Shown: positions 28,666-39,144 of the stretch, piece after piece
How the letters are laid out: each line of letters opens with the position of its first letter
Numbering within the stretch: position 1 is the first letter of the stretch
Origin: a virus
Direction: 5' to 3' (one strand)
DNA: 64,000 bases
Virus record (IMG/VR): IMGVR_UViG_3300032116_000032
Coordinates: 32,001-96,000 of that record
Position numbers and translations under genes: made by a program
The notes under the pieces: generated by a model
Databases searched by the model: none
What the model was told of the DNA's origin: nothing
The model's input: the letters and a program-made list of their open reading frames with translations, nothing else

Positions 28666-31095
28666 ATGTCATTAAAAATAAATAAAAGAGGAGGAGACAG
28701 TGTATCATTTAATCCTCAAAAAATTTACAACAGAGTTAAGAGAGCATCAAAAGGCTTGAATGTTAACTCTGATGAAATTTTCATTAAAGTAATTACTTCT
28801 GTACCAACGGAAGGTGAGGTAACTACAAAAGAACTTGATAAATTAGTTTATGAGATTGCAGCTTCATACACAGGTAGTCACCATGATTACTCAAGATTGG
28901 CTGCGAGTGTTGCGATTTCTTCATACCACAAAGAAACTAATGAAAGTTTTTCACAAACAATGATGCAACTTTATGAAGATGGAATTATCAATGAAAAATT
29001 GATTGAAACTATTAAAGAATATGGTGAAGATACTATTGATGCGGCTATTAATCATGAAAATGATTATAACTTCGATTACTTTGCTTGGAGATCATTACAA
29101 GAAATGTATTTGTTGAAAAGACCAAATGGTAAAGTAGTTGAAAGACCACAACATATGTATATGAGAGTTGCTCTTTGGGTTACTACCAATATGTCTGACG
29201 CATTTGAGTACTACAAATCATTATCAAATCAGTTGATTTCAAAGGCAACACCAATAATGATTAATGCTGGAACAAAAGTTCCACAATTAGCATCATGTGT
29301 ACTTCACTATAACAACTCCGACTCAAGAAAAGGTTTATTAGATACATTAACAGATATTTCAACTTTCTCCTCTGATGCTGCTGGTATTGGATTATCTATG
29401 TCTAACATTAGAAGTAAAGAAAGTAGAATCTCAAGTTCAGGTGGATATGCTGGAGGTCTTTTAAAATATTTAAAAATTGTTAATGAATCACTTAGATTCT
29501 TTAACCAACAAGGTCGTAGACCTGGTAGTGCCGCTATCTATCTTGAACCTTGGCACAAAGACATCTTTGATCTTTTAGACATCAAGAAGAACACAGGTGC
29601 GGAAGAATTGAGAGCTCGTGATTTGTTTACCGCACTTTGGATTCCTGATAACTTCATGAGAGCGGTTAGAAATAACACTAGTTGGTATTTGTTCTGTCCT
29701 AATGATATCACTAAGGCTGGTTTAAAACCTTTACAAGAATGTTTTGGTGATGAATATGAAGAGGTGTATGAAAAGGCAGTATCAATGGGGTTAGGTAAAA
29801 AAGTAAAAGCTCAGGACATTTGGAGTAAAGTTGTTGAATCTCAAATCGAAACAGGAGTTCCTTATTTATGTTCTAAAGATAATGCTAATAGAAAAACTAA
29901 CCACCAAAATATTGGGGTCATTAAACAATCTAATTTGTGTAATGAAATATATCAATATACTGATGAAGAAACTACAGCGATTTGTACACTTTCATCGATG
30001 GTTTTAAAGAATTTTATTCAAGGGGGTAAATTTGATTTTGAACTTTTATTTAATGAGGTTAGAAAAGTTGTTAGATCACTTAATAAGGTAGTTGATATCA
30101 ACAACTACTCAACTGAAAAAGGTAGAAAAGGTGGTTTGGAACAAAGAGCAATTGCAATTGGTACACAAGGTTTGGCTGATGTATTTTATTTAATGGATTA
30201 TATCTTCACATCTAATGAAGCTAAGAAATTGAACAAGGACATTTTTGAAACAATCTATTATGCGGCAATCTATGAAAGTAATCAGTTGTGCATGAACGGT
30301 AAGTATAAACCTTATTCATTCTTCAACGGATCACCAATGTCTCAAGGAGTATTCCAATTTGATATGTGGGGATTAGACGAAACTCAACTTTCAGGAATGT
30401 GGGATTGGAACAAACTCAAGAATAGTGTTTCACAATATGGGGTTTGTAATTCATTATTCACGGCTCAAATGCCCGTGGCATCTTCAGCTAAAATTACAGG
30501 TTCATATGAAATGACAGAACCAGCACACTCTGCAATCTTTAATAGACGAGTTGTTGGTGGTGAAATCATGATAGTTAACAAATATCTAATCAACGACTTT
30601 GAAAAGATAGGTATTTGGTGTGAAGATTTAAAAAATGAAATCATTATAAATGAAGGATCAATTCAAAATATTAACTTTAATAACTATTTGGATTCTGAAG
30701 ATAAAAACTACAATAAGAAAGTTAAACGAATTGAACATTTAATTCCTAAGTATAAAACTATTTGGGAGATCTCACAAAGAGAACTTATTGATATGGCTGC
30801 AGATAGAGCTCCATTTATTGATCAATCACAGTCAATGAACATCTATATGGCAAACCCAACCCTATCTAAGATTACATCATCACATTTCCACTCTTGGGAA
30901 AAAGGATTAAAAACTTTATGTTATTATGTAAGAACTAAGGCAATATCAACAGGAGCTAAACATTTGGCGTTAGATATGTCTAAACGTGAAAAACCTAAAG
31001 TAACTCCTGAACCACCAAAAGTTGACTATTCTCACCTAAACTTACCACCAAGACCTGAGAATTCTGATTTTGAATGTTTTGGATGTTCATCCTAA
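28666..31095 (+). CDS. nrdA: Ribonucleotide reductase class Ia large subunit (R1) with ATP-cone
   Basis: N-terminal ATP-cone, PQLASC, SNLCNEI (thiyl radical Cys), TLCYYVRT, C-terminal CFGC. Confidence 0.96.
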   Translation: MSLKINKRGGDSVSFNPQKIYNRVKRASKGLNVNSDEIFIKVITSVPTEGEVTTKELDKLVYEIAASYTGSHHDYSRLAASVAISSYHKETNESFSQTMMQLYEDGIINEKLIETIKEYGEDTIDAAINHENDYNFDYFAWRSLQEMYLLKRPNGKVVERPQHMYMRVALWVTTNMSDAFEYYKSLSNQLISKATPIMINAGTKVPQLASCVLHYNNSDSRKGLLDTLTDISTFSSDAAGIGLSMSNIRSKESRISSSGGYAGGLLKYLKIVNESLRFFNQQGRRPGSAAIYLEPWHKDIFDLLDIKKNTGAEELRARDLFTALWIPDNFMRAVRNNTSWYLFCPNDITKAGLKPLQECFGDEYEEVYEKAVSMGLGKKVKAQDIWSKVVESQIETGVPYLCSKDNANRKTNHQNIGVIKQSNLCNEIYQYTDEETTAICTLSSMVLKNFIQGGKFDFELLFNEVRKVVRSLNKVVDINNYSTEKGRKGGLEQRAIAIGTQGLADVFYLMDYIFTSNEAKKLNKDIFETIYYAAIYESNQLCMNGKYKPYSFFNGSPMSQGVFQFDMWGLDETQLSGMWDWNKLKNSVSQYGVCNSLFTAQMPVASSAKITGSYEMTEPAHSAIFNRRVVGGEIMIVNKYLINDFEKIGIWCEDLKNEIIINEGSIQNINFNNYLDSEDKNYNKKVKRIEHLIPKYKTIWEISQRELIDMAADRAPFIDQSQSMNIYMANPTLSKITSSHFHSWEKGLKTLCYYVRTKAISTGAKHLALDMSKREKPKVTPEPPKVDYSHLNLPPRPENSDFECFGCSS

Positions 31096-31102
31096 AATTA
31101 AG

Positions 31103-31132
31103 AATCACTACTTCGGTAGTGATTTTTTTTTT
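31103..31132 (+). terminator. Rho-independent terminator after nrdA
   Basis: AATCACTAC-TTCG-GTAGTGATT with a cUUCGg tetraloop, followed by a T-run. Confidence 0.9.
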
Positions 31133-31153
31133 ACTTAAAAATTCTATAACTTA

Positions 31154-31161
31154 TATTTATA
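31154..31161 (+). promoter_or_regulatory. TATTTATA putative late promoter (gp25)
   Basis: Motif 6 nt upstream of ATG 31168, right after the nrdA terminator. Confidence 0.6.
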
Positions 31162-31167
31162 TGTGAT

Positions 31168-31626
31168 ATGGCAAATGGTATTACATACGGTATAGGGTTT
31201 CCCTTCGTTGATTCGTTTACAGGTAGATATTTGGATGTTACTGAAACTACCGAAGCTGAAATTAGAGGTAATCTAGTTCACTTACTTTTAACAAGAAAAG
31301 GAAGTAGATATTTTTTACCTGATTTTGGGACAAGATTATATGAATATATATTCGAACCACTTGATGGTCCTACGTTTTCAGATATTGAGGCGGAGATAAG
31401 GGACACCATTAGAACATTTATGCCAAACTTACAAGTTACAAATATTGTTGTTGAACCAGCATCTGCAGGACTTGAAGATAAAGGTTATACGGTTAACCAA
31501 TATGGTGAACGAGAATTTAAAGTTACAAACATTGCCAATTTAGAACACACGGCAAGAATCAAAATTGATTATAAAATCACTGATTCGGCATTTGAATCAC
31601 AAGATTTTGTTATATTAAATATTTAA
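31168..31626 (+). CDS. Baseplate wedge / sheath initiator (T4 gp25-like, GPW_gp25)
   Basis: IRGNLVHLLLTRKGSRYFLPDFGTRLYEYIFEPL. Confidence 0.9.
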   Translation: MANGITYGIGFPFVDSFTGRYLDVTETTEAEIRGNLVHLLLTRKGSRYFLPDFGTRLYEYIFEPLDGPTFSDIEAEIRDTIRTFMPNLQVTNIVVEPASAGLEDKGYTVNQYGEREFKVTNIANLEHTARIKIDYKITDSAFESQDFVILNI

Positions 31627-31632
31627 TGATAT

Positions 31633-33474
31633 ATGGCTGAAAAAAAGATATCCTATACGGTCCGAGATTTTCAAGGAGTAAGATCTGAGTTAATAAATTT
31701 CACAAGAACTTACTATCCTGATTTAGTTCAGAACTTTAATGATGCTGGGATTTTTTCAGTTATGTTGGATCTTAACGCCGCGGTAACTGATAACTTGAAT
31801 TATCAAATTGATAGAAGTATCCAAGAAACTGTATTACAATTTGCACAACAAAAGAATTCGGTTTATAATATTGCAAGAACTTATGGTCTTAAAGTACCTG
31901 GTCAAAGACCATCGGTTGCTTTAGTTGATTTCTCAATAACAGTTCCTGCTTTTGGTGATAGAGAAGACATAAGATATTGTGGAATCTTAAGAAGAGGATC
32001 TTTAGTTAATGGTGCTGGACAACCTTTTGAAACTGTCTATGACATTGATTTTGCATCACCAATTAATGCTGAAGGATCACCAAACAGATTAAAAATACCA
32101 AATTTTGATTCAAGTGGTAAATTGATAAATTACACCATTGTTAAAAGAGAAGTTGTTGTAAATGGAGTTACAAAAGTGTTCAAAAGAACAATTACCGCAA
32201 ATGATGTAAAACCATATTTAGAGTTATTTCTCCCTGAAAAAAATATATTAGGAATTACAAGTGTGTTGTTGAAACCAGGAACACAATATTCAACAGTACC
32301 AAATCCGCAAGATTTTTTAAGTTTGGGGCCTGAAAGATGGTTTGAGGTTGATGCATTAGTTCAAGATAGAGTTTTTGTTGAAGACCCAACTAAAGTTTCA
32401 GATCAACCAGGTATTAAAGTTGGAAGATACATCACAACCTCTAATAAATTTATTTCTGAATACACACCACAAGGTTTCTGTAAAATGACTTTTGGTGGTG
32501 GTAACATTTCGGCCGAAGAACAACTAAGAGAATTCGCTAGAGATGGTAAAGGATTTGATTTAAGTAGATATACTAACAATTACGCTATGGGTGCGGCTTT
32601 AACACCAAATACAACACTATTCGTTCAATACAGAATTGGGGGTGGATTAGCTAGTAATGTAGGTCTAAATACAATCAATCAAATTGGTACAGTTTCATTC
32701 GCAGTTAATGGACCTTCTGATTCTGTAAATAGAAGTGTTATTAATAGTCTTCAGTGTAATAACGTAACTGCCGCAATTGGTGGTGCTAATTTACCAACAA
32801 CAGAAGATGTTAGAAATATGGTTTCATTTAACTTCGCAGCTCAGAACAGAGCAGTAACTGTTAATGATTATAATTCATTAATAAGAACAATGCCGTCACA
32901 ATATGGCGCACCAGCAAAAGTTGCAATCACTGAAGAAAATAATAAAATTAGAATCAAAATGTTGTCATACGACACTAATGGTAGTTTATCTAATGTTGTT
33001 TCAAATACTTTAAAACAAAACATCGCAAATTATTTATCTAACTTCAGAATGATCAATGATTATATTTCCGTTGAAGCGGCAGAAACAATTGATTTGGCTG
33101 TTACTGTTGATGTTGTATTAGATAATAGTCAAAACCAAGGTGCAATTATTTCAAAAACAATTGAAATTGTTAGTAACTTCTTTAATCCATTAGTTATACA
33201 GTTAGGTCAAAATGTAAACATATCTGAACTTAGAAGACTAATACAAGCAGAAAACGGTATAGTTAGTATTTCTGACATTTCATTCTTTAATCAAGTTGGA
33301 GGTCAATACTCTTCGGCACAAACATCTATGCCTTATTCGGATCCTGTAACAAGACAAATACAACCAACGGCAGATACTTTGTTTGCAACTCCAACACAAA
33401 TCTATCAAATTCGATTCCCAAACAAAGATATTAATGTAAGAGTATTGAACTTGAAATCCGTTAATTTCTCATAG
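31633..33474 (+). CDS. Baseplate wedge protein (T4 gp6 / baseplate J-like)
   Basis: RDFQGVRSELINF..., AQQKNSVYNIARTYG, FAAQNRAVTVNDY. Confidence 0.88.
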   Translation: MAEKKISYTVRDFQGVRSELINFTRTYYPDLVQNFNDAGIFSVMLDLNAAVTDNLNYQIDRSIQETVLQFAQQKNSVYNIARTYGLKVPGQRPSVALVDFSITVPAFGDREDIRYCGILRRGSLVNGAGQPFETVYDIDFASPINAEGSPNRLKIPNFDSSGKLINYTIVKREVVVNGVTKVFKRTITANDVKPYLELFLPEKNILGITSVLLKPGTQYSTVPNPQDFLSLGPERWFEVDALVQDRVFVEDPTKVSDQPGIKVGRYITTSNKFISEYTPQGFCKMTFGGGNISAEEQLREFARDGKGFDLSRYTNNYAMGAALTPNTTLFVQYRIGGGLASNVGLNTINQIGTVSFAVNGPSDSVNRSVINSLQCNNVTAAIGGANLPTTEDVRNMVSFNFAAQNRAVTVNDYNSLIRTMPSQYGAPAKVAITEENNKIRIKMLSYDTNGSLSNVVSNTLKQNIANYLSNFRMINDYISVEAAETIDLAVTVDVVLDNSQNQGAIISKTIEIVSNFFNPLVIQLGQNVNISELRRLIQAENGIVSISDISFFNQVGGQYSSAQTSMPYSDPVTRQIQPTADTLFATPTQIYQIRFPNKDINVRVLNLKSVNFS

Positions 33475-33527
33475 GGATTTATTTTTTTTCAAAAGGGACT
33501 ATTTTTCTATGAAAATAGGAAATAAAC

Positions 33528-33535
33528 TATTTATG
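33528..33535 (+). promoter_or_regulatory. TATTTATG putative late promoter
   Basis: Motif 17 nt upstream of ATG 33553. Confidence 0.5.
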
Positions 33536-33552
33536 AAAAAACGATTTTTTTA

Positions 33553-36500
33553 ATGCCAAAATCATACAGAATAAGAACCGAAGTTGGTGTTGACAAGTAC
33601 ATCAATGTAAATTTAGAACAAGATTGGGAGTCTTTAGAAGTACTCTCACTGAAAATACTTGCAAATGATGTTTATACAAGAATGTGTGCTGATTACGGAG
33701 TTGTGGTTGGTAGAGTTTTTGTGAATAATGGTTTTGGTTTACCAAATGCAAGGGTTTCTGTTTTTATTCCCCTTGATGATGCGGATGAACTAAATCCTGT
33801 AATTTCAGAATTATACCCATACAAAACTATCACAGATACTAATGAAGAAGGTTATAGATATAACTTACTTCCCAAGTTACCATCATACAGAGGTCACCAA
33901 TCTACAGGATCATTCCCAAATGTGTCTGATGTATTAATGGATGACTCATACATTGAAGTCTACGATAAGTATTATAGATTTACTGTTAAAACTAATGAGA
34001 GTGGTGACTTTATGATTTTTGGTGTTCCTGTTGGAAACCAAACTATTGTTATGGATGTTGATCTTTCCGATATTGGATGTTTTTCATTATCACCACAAGA
34101 TTTAATTCAACAAGGATTAGCAACAGAGTCTCAAGTGAATGGATCTACATTCAAATCCTCAACAAATCTAAGAGAGTTACCACAAATTAAAAATTTAGTT
34201 TTTGACGTTGACGTATCTCCTTTTTGGGGAGATCCTGATTTATGTCAAGTTGCGATAACACGAGTTGATTTTGATTTGACAAAATTAGCAAACATTAATA
34301 TACAACCGACCTCAATTTTCATGGGGTCAATTATATCTACAACAGATGATGATGCATTAAAAGTAAGTTGTAAACCAAAAAACAATACAGGAAATCTTTG
34401 TGAAATAGTTTCAGGACCTGGCGAAATTTTGGCAATTAGACACACAATCAATTCTGACGATCAAGGATTACCAATACTTGAACAATATCAAATAGAAGAG
34501 GAAGGAAAAGTTATCGATCAAGATGGAACATACCTATTGAATGTTCCTATGAATTTGGATTACGTTTTTACAAATGAATTTGGTCAACAAGTATTATCTG
34601 ACGACCCATCAAAAGGTATCCCAACAAAAGGTAGATATAGATTTAAATTTAAATGGCAAAACGAACAAGGATTACAAGGGAGTTTTTTACGAGCCAATTT
34701 TTTAGTCCCTAATGTTAAAGAATATGGATGGACAAATTATACTGTAGATCCATTAACAAATAACACACCCTCAACATACCCTTATAATTTAGGTGTTGGT
34801 GTTGTCACAGGATCTACAGTTGTTTTTGGGACGGCACAAGGATTGGCAGACCCAACAACAACCAATGTCCAATCTTATATAATATACATAAATGGACAAC
34901 CATATACAGGAACTCTAAACGCTATTGAAATAACACCAGGAGATCAACTTCAAATTGTTGCAAATCCTGTTGACCCCTCTCAACCACAAGTTATAACATT
35001 TAAACAATACCCACAAGCTCTATTTGATCTTTACAGATCATATGCCTTTAGTACCGATTGGGATGATTATGTTAACAAACAAGAAGCAATCAATTGTGAA
35101 GATACCTTTTACGAATTCCAATACAATAAAGTCTATACAACGGCAATGTTCCTTGATAGATATAAAAACGGAATTGGAAGGGCAAAACATTTAGGTATAA
35201 AAGAAATTGACAACAGAACTTGTAAATCAACTGTTAACACTTTTCCAGTAAATGATATAATAAGGAACTTTGATCCTATTTTTTTTGTTTTTAATGTACT
35301 TGTTAATATTTTGACATTCCCAATTTTGGTATTGTTATTTGTCGCCCACTTGATTGCGTTATTGTGGCCTGTATTGAAATACTTGTTATTATTCCTTGGA
35401 CCATATATTGTATATCAGGGTGTTTCTGCGGGAATAGATTTAGTTTATTATATTACTAGTCTTGGTGATTTTGCACCATTAGGAGGACCGGTAATTTCAA
35501 TTGGTACTATTTTACAAATTATTGCTCAAGGGCTCAAAGTTATAATTCAAGTCGCAGCTGGTTTGGCGTTTACATATTTTTATACAAAATTCTTTCTTGA
35601 TAATACCCAAAATGGTAAGATAGACAATTTCCCAAGAATTGGTCTACCTATGATTGCATATCCTGACTGTACAAGTTGTGATTGTGATTGTGGAACAGCA
35701 ACTTTGGATGATGACTTTGATGCAAATACTTTAGCACAAGAACAACAGGAAATTCAAAATAGTTTACAAGACCCCTCAAGCGGACTTGGGTTTGATGTAG
35801 TATTGACTCAAACAAATAGTGTAATTGCGCCTGTTAATTCTCCTGGATCATACGATGTTTCCCATCCTAATTTTGAAAACGATGATAATGGAGACGACCC
35901 ATTCCAATGTGGAAGTACGGGCGGATTCAAAAGTTTTGAGTCATTATTAGGACAAAACGATATTAGCACTGCGGTTGCTGTAAAGGCGGCCTTGGATTTC
36001 AAAAGAATAATTTCAGGTTATGATGTATTATCATCAACCGACCCAAATAAATTATATAGTAACGAACAATATTTGTTACATGCTCCTCAACCGTTTTTAT
36101 GGTCTGCAAACAAACAAGGGGCTGGTATTGCAGATGAAAGGTATTTTGCTTACCCAACAACGGCAACTTTTCCACAACAATTAAATCAATTCAATACAAG
36201 AGATAAATATTTTTCAGGTGTTAACCAAATCAAAACAACTGTAAACCCAATTTCAGGTTCAACACCATTTTTTGATCAAGTTGTTGTTGTTTTGATGAAT
36301 TCAGGAACCGCAGCGTCAATTACACCTGGTGGTATTTGTTCTTTCCAAGATCCAAACTATATGGATTCAGGTTCTCAGTTTAGAATGAGAAACCTTACGG
36401 GTGCAACACTGAATCAATTTGGTAACAATGCAATTACAGGTTTAACAACCACAGGTGTTACAACATATACTGTGAATTATGCAGACCCATCTAACTCAAA

Positions 36501-39144
36501 TGGAACATCAAGTTTACCGGCAATAATTTATATTGATCAACCACAAGTTAGTCAAGTTGCGGGAACTATAACACAAGAACAAAGTTTTTTACAATATCCG
36601 ACAGATATAGAATATTTCCAATTGTTAACTGGTTTAACTGTAACAGACTTTGTAAACACTTCTTTAGGAACATCAGGATATTACAAAAGTGCTTATTTAG
36701 AACACAATGTACAATTTAATTATCCAATATGTAATGGAAATAATGTGCCTATTTGTCCTTCTTTTGGTCCATACACAATCCAAGACGTTTTATACACTAT
36801 GCCGAATTGGCAAAATTTTGAAGTTTGTATTTTTGTTCGAGGTGTTGACCCTCACACCGCACCTCAAACAATTTCTTACGACGTGTCTAAAATATTTGGT
36901 CATACTTCGTTCAATGGAAGTGTAGTGATCAGTGGTAGTTATTATTTGAATGTACCAATACAAAGTTCTACGGTATCTCAAAAACCTCAAACACACAATA
37001 CAACAAATAACAATAATGTTAAATTGTATTTTCCATCTTATAATTTTACAATTACACCACCAAGTATCAACCCAAACAACTATAGCGGTTTTACATCAAA
37101 TTTACCTTATTTTTATTTAAGTACTGATGACACACCATCATATACACCAACACCTGGATGGTTAAATGTATCAACACAAACACAAGGTTCTCCTTTTGTT
37201 TATGTTGACTCGAGTTCACAATATACTTTACCAAGAAACCAAGCAAATCCAACGACATATGTTGGGGGTGGTGCGTTTTTAGGATGGGTTGGTAACAATC
37301 CGTTTTCATCAAACATGTTGACTGATACCGCAATATCTGACGATAATCAAAAGAAACAATATTATAACACTAATGCGGGATATTTTCAACAACAATCTTC
37401 ATGTGGAGGAAATGGTAATCTAAGTTCTTTATATTCTCCGGCATATTATAATCAATCTTTTTCACCTATAAATTTTGGAAATTCACTTCTTATAATCATG
37501 AGAAGTGATAGGTTACCAACCTCAACAAGAGTTGAAAATGGAGCAAGTCCTACAACAGGATATGCTTTACATCAGAACAACAATTTTGCGGTTTATACTG
37601 TTAGTGGTGAATTAGAACCACCAACAATAACTGCAGGTGCTGACTTACCATCAGGTGATAGTTTTGATGAAACTGGACCAACTTCAGCTTTGACCTCTAC
37701 TTTAACATGTGAAGGTATGGTTCCTTTAGAGTGTTATAGCGGTTCAGGAAATAATGTTGGTGTAATACCTGCAGGACAATGTTCTATACCTGAAAACAGG
37801 ATGATAAATGGATGTTACTGTCTTCTTAATAAAAAATATGTCAAAGAGTATGGTTCAGATGTGAGATTATTTTTAGAATGGAAAGTTAGATTTACCATGA
37901 ACTTTGCTGCGTGTAGAGGAGTTTTTGCTCAAGTATTCCAAAACAATTGGATCAACGGAGTTCTTTATATGTTTAATTTTAACAAAAGACAAACATTCGG
38001 TGTTAATCCATTGATACCAAATTATGATTATTGTACTGATGTTATTGTATTTGACGACATTAATAATAGTTTTTTCTACAGATCATCTCCTTGGAATAAA
38101 ACCATCCAACAATTTATTGGTAAGAATAAACCACAAATTAATCCATTAATACCACAAAGATTGGCAACATTCCCAGGTTTTGGGTATAATGATAGACAAA
38201 TCCAATTTCCAACTACACTTACAGATTTAGGACCAAGAGACTTTTTTATAAATGAGATCTGTTGTGGGGCTGGTGAAAACGGGTTTGGATCCTATTATGC
38301 TGACCAATTAAAATCTACCTCATATCAAGATAACTCAGACATTATACAACTTGGGTTTTTATCAAGAATATTGAATGAAGGTGTAAGACAAAGAATATTA
38401 CCAATAGGACAAGGTCAAAATAATACTGAGGGTAAAGGAATTGAACAATTCTTCAATAGCACAAGGGGAGGATACAGAATAGACGGAGATTGGGCACAAA
38501 TGTTATCAATCAACTCGGAATGGAAGGTTTTACCATTTATAAGTGAAAACCTTACAGGACCAAATGCTAATGATTTTATTTTCTTTGGTGATAATTATTA
38601 TCCTGCAACCCCTCCATCAGGGGCAAATGATATAAAACCTATTATGGGACTATTTTTCCAAACCCCTCTTGAAAATTTAAGATATAGAAAAATTGAATCA
38701 CCAGGTATTGAAACGTATAACTTCAACCCATTAATTCAAAATTACTTTGGATATGGTAAATCACAAGTGGTTCCACATTACAAGTGGAGTTTAAAACAAA
38801 GTAACCCAAGTCAAAACATATTTGGAACTGAAGACAATAATTGGTATACAAATGTTGTTGGACAAGGTTTCTTTAAGAAAAAATACCAAGATCTAGATTT
38901 TACAACTTTGGGTGAAAAGTATATTACAAGTACTACTAATTTAGGTTACATTTCAAACTATACATTAGCTGGTGTACCTGAACCACTTATACCGCCATCA
39001 GTTGTCAATCAGGGACAACCTATTGGTAGCGCTAATCAAGCAGTAGTTGTCGGAGCACCTTACCATTTCTACTTTGGTTTGAACAATGGTAAAACTGCTT
39101 TGAATAGATTCTATAAACTTTATGTAGCAACAACAGAAGAATGA
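33553..39144 (+). CDS. Large baseplate-associated structural protein with an N-terminal carboxypeptidase-regulatory-like (transthyretin-fold) domain and a central hydrophobic helical segment
   Basis: GRVFVNNGFGLPNARVSVF...TNESGDFMIFGVPVGNQTIVMDVD; hydrophobic stretch at about 35269-35598; Cys clusters. Confidence 0.6.
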   Translation: MPKSYRIRTEVGVDKYINVNLEQDWESLEVLSLKILANDVYTRMCADYGVVVGRVFVNNGFGLPNARVSVFIPLDDADELNPVISELYPYKTITDTNEEGYRYNLLPKLPSYRGHQSTGSFPNVSDVLMDDSYIEVYDKYYRFTVKTNESGDFMIFGVPVGNQTIVMDVDLSDIGCFSLSPQDLIQQGLATESQVNGSTFKSSTNLRELPQIKNLVFDVDVSPFWGDPDLCQVAITRVDFDLTKLANINIQPTSIFMGSIISTTDDDALKVSCKPKNNTGNLCEIVSGPGEILAIRHTINSDDQGLPILEQYQIEEEGKVIDQDGTYLLNVPMNLDYVFTNEFGQQVLSDDPSKGIPTKGRYRFKFKWQNEQGLQGSFLRANFLVPNVKEYGWTNYTVDPLTNNTPSTYPYNLGVGVVTGSTVVFGTAQGLADPTTTNVQSYIIYINGQPYTGTLNAIEITPGDQLQIVANPVDPSQPQVITFKQYPQALFDLYRSYAFSTDWDDYVNKQEAINCEDTFYEFQYNKVYTTAMFLDRYKNGIGRAKHLGIKEIDNRTCKSTVNTFPVNDIIRNFDPIFFVFNVLVNILTFPILVLLFVAHLIALLWPVLKYLLLFLGPYIVYQGVSAGIDLVYYITSLGDFAPLGGPVISIGTILQIIAQGLKVIIQVAAGLAFTYFYTKFFLDNTQNGKIDNFPRIGLPMIAYPDCTSCDCDCGTATLDDDFDANTLAQEQQEIQNSLQDPSSGLGFDVVLTQTNSVIAPVNSPGSYDVSHPNFENDDNGDDPFQCGSTGGFKSFESLLGQNDISTAVAVKAALDFKRIISGYDVLSSTDPNKLYSNEQYLLHAPQPFLWSANKQGAGIADERYFAYPTTATFPQQLNQFNTRDKYFSGVNQIKTTVNPISGSTPFFDQVVVVLMNSGTAASITPGGICSFQDPNYMDSGSQFRMRNLTGATLNQFGNNAITGLTTTGVTTYTVNYADPSNSNGTSSLPAIIYIDQPQVSQVAGTITQEQSFLQYPTDIEYFQLLTGLTVTDFVNTSLGTSGYYKSAYLEHNVQFNYPICNGNNVPICPSFGPYTIQDVLYTMPNWQNFEVCIFVRGVDPHTAPQTISYDVSKIFGHTSFNGSVVISGSYYLNVPIQSSTVSQKPQTHNTTNNNNVKLYFPSYNFTITPPSINPNNYSGFTSNLPYFYLSTDDTPSYTPTPGWLNVSTQTQGSPFVYVDSSSQYTLPRNQANPTTYVGGGAFLGWVGNNPFSSNMLTDTAISDDNQKKQYYNTNAGYFQQQSSCGGNGNLSSLYSPAYYNQSFSPINFGNSLLIIMRSDRLPTSTRVENGASPTTGYALHQNNNFAVYTVSGELEPPTITAGADLPSGDSFDETGPTSALTSTLTCEGMVPLECYSGSGNNVGVIPAGQCSIPENRMINGCYCLLNKKYVKEYGSDVRLFLEWKVRFTMNFAACRGVFAQVFQNNWINGVLYMFNFNKRQTFGVNPLIPNYDYCTDVIVFDDINNSFFYRSSPWNKTIQQFIGKNKPQINPLIPQRLATFPGFGYNDRQIQFPTTLTDLGPRDFFINEICCGAGENGFGSYYADQLKSTSYQDNSDIIQLGFLSRILNEGVRQRILPIGQGQNNTEGKGIEQFFNSTRGGYRIDGDWAQMLSINSEWKVLPFISENLTGPNANDFIFFGDNYYPATPPSGANDIKPIMGLFFQTPLENLRYRKIESPGIETYNFNPLIQNYFGYGKSQVVPHYKWSLKQSNPSQNIFGTEDNNWYTNVVGQGFFKKKYQDLDFTTLGEKYITSTTNLGYISNYTLAGVPEPLIPPSVVNQGQPIGSANQAVVVGAPYHFYFGLNNGKTALNRFYKLYVATTEE

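Noticed and set aside
26303-31095. Inteins, introns or homing endonucleases in the helicase or RNR genes
   Set aside because: The proteins are of normal length with contiguous motifs; no intein splice motifs or endonuclease ORFs
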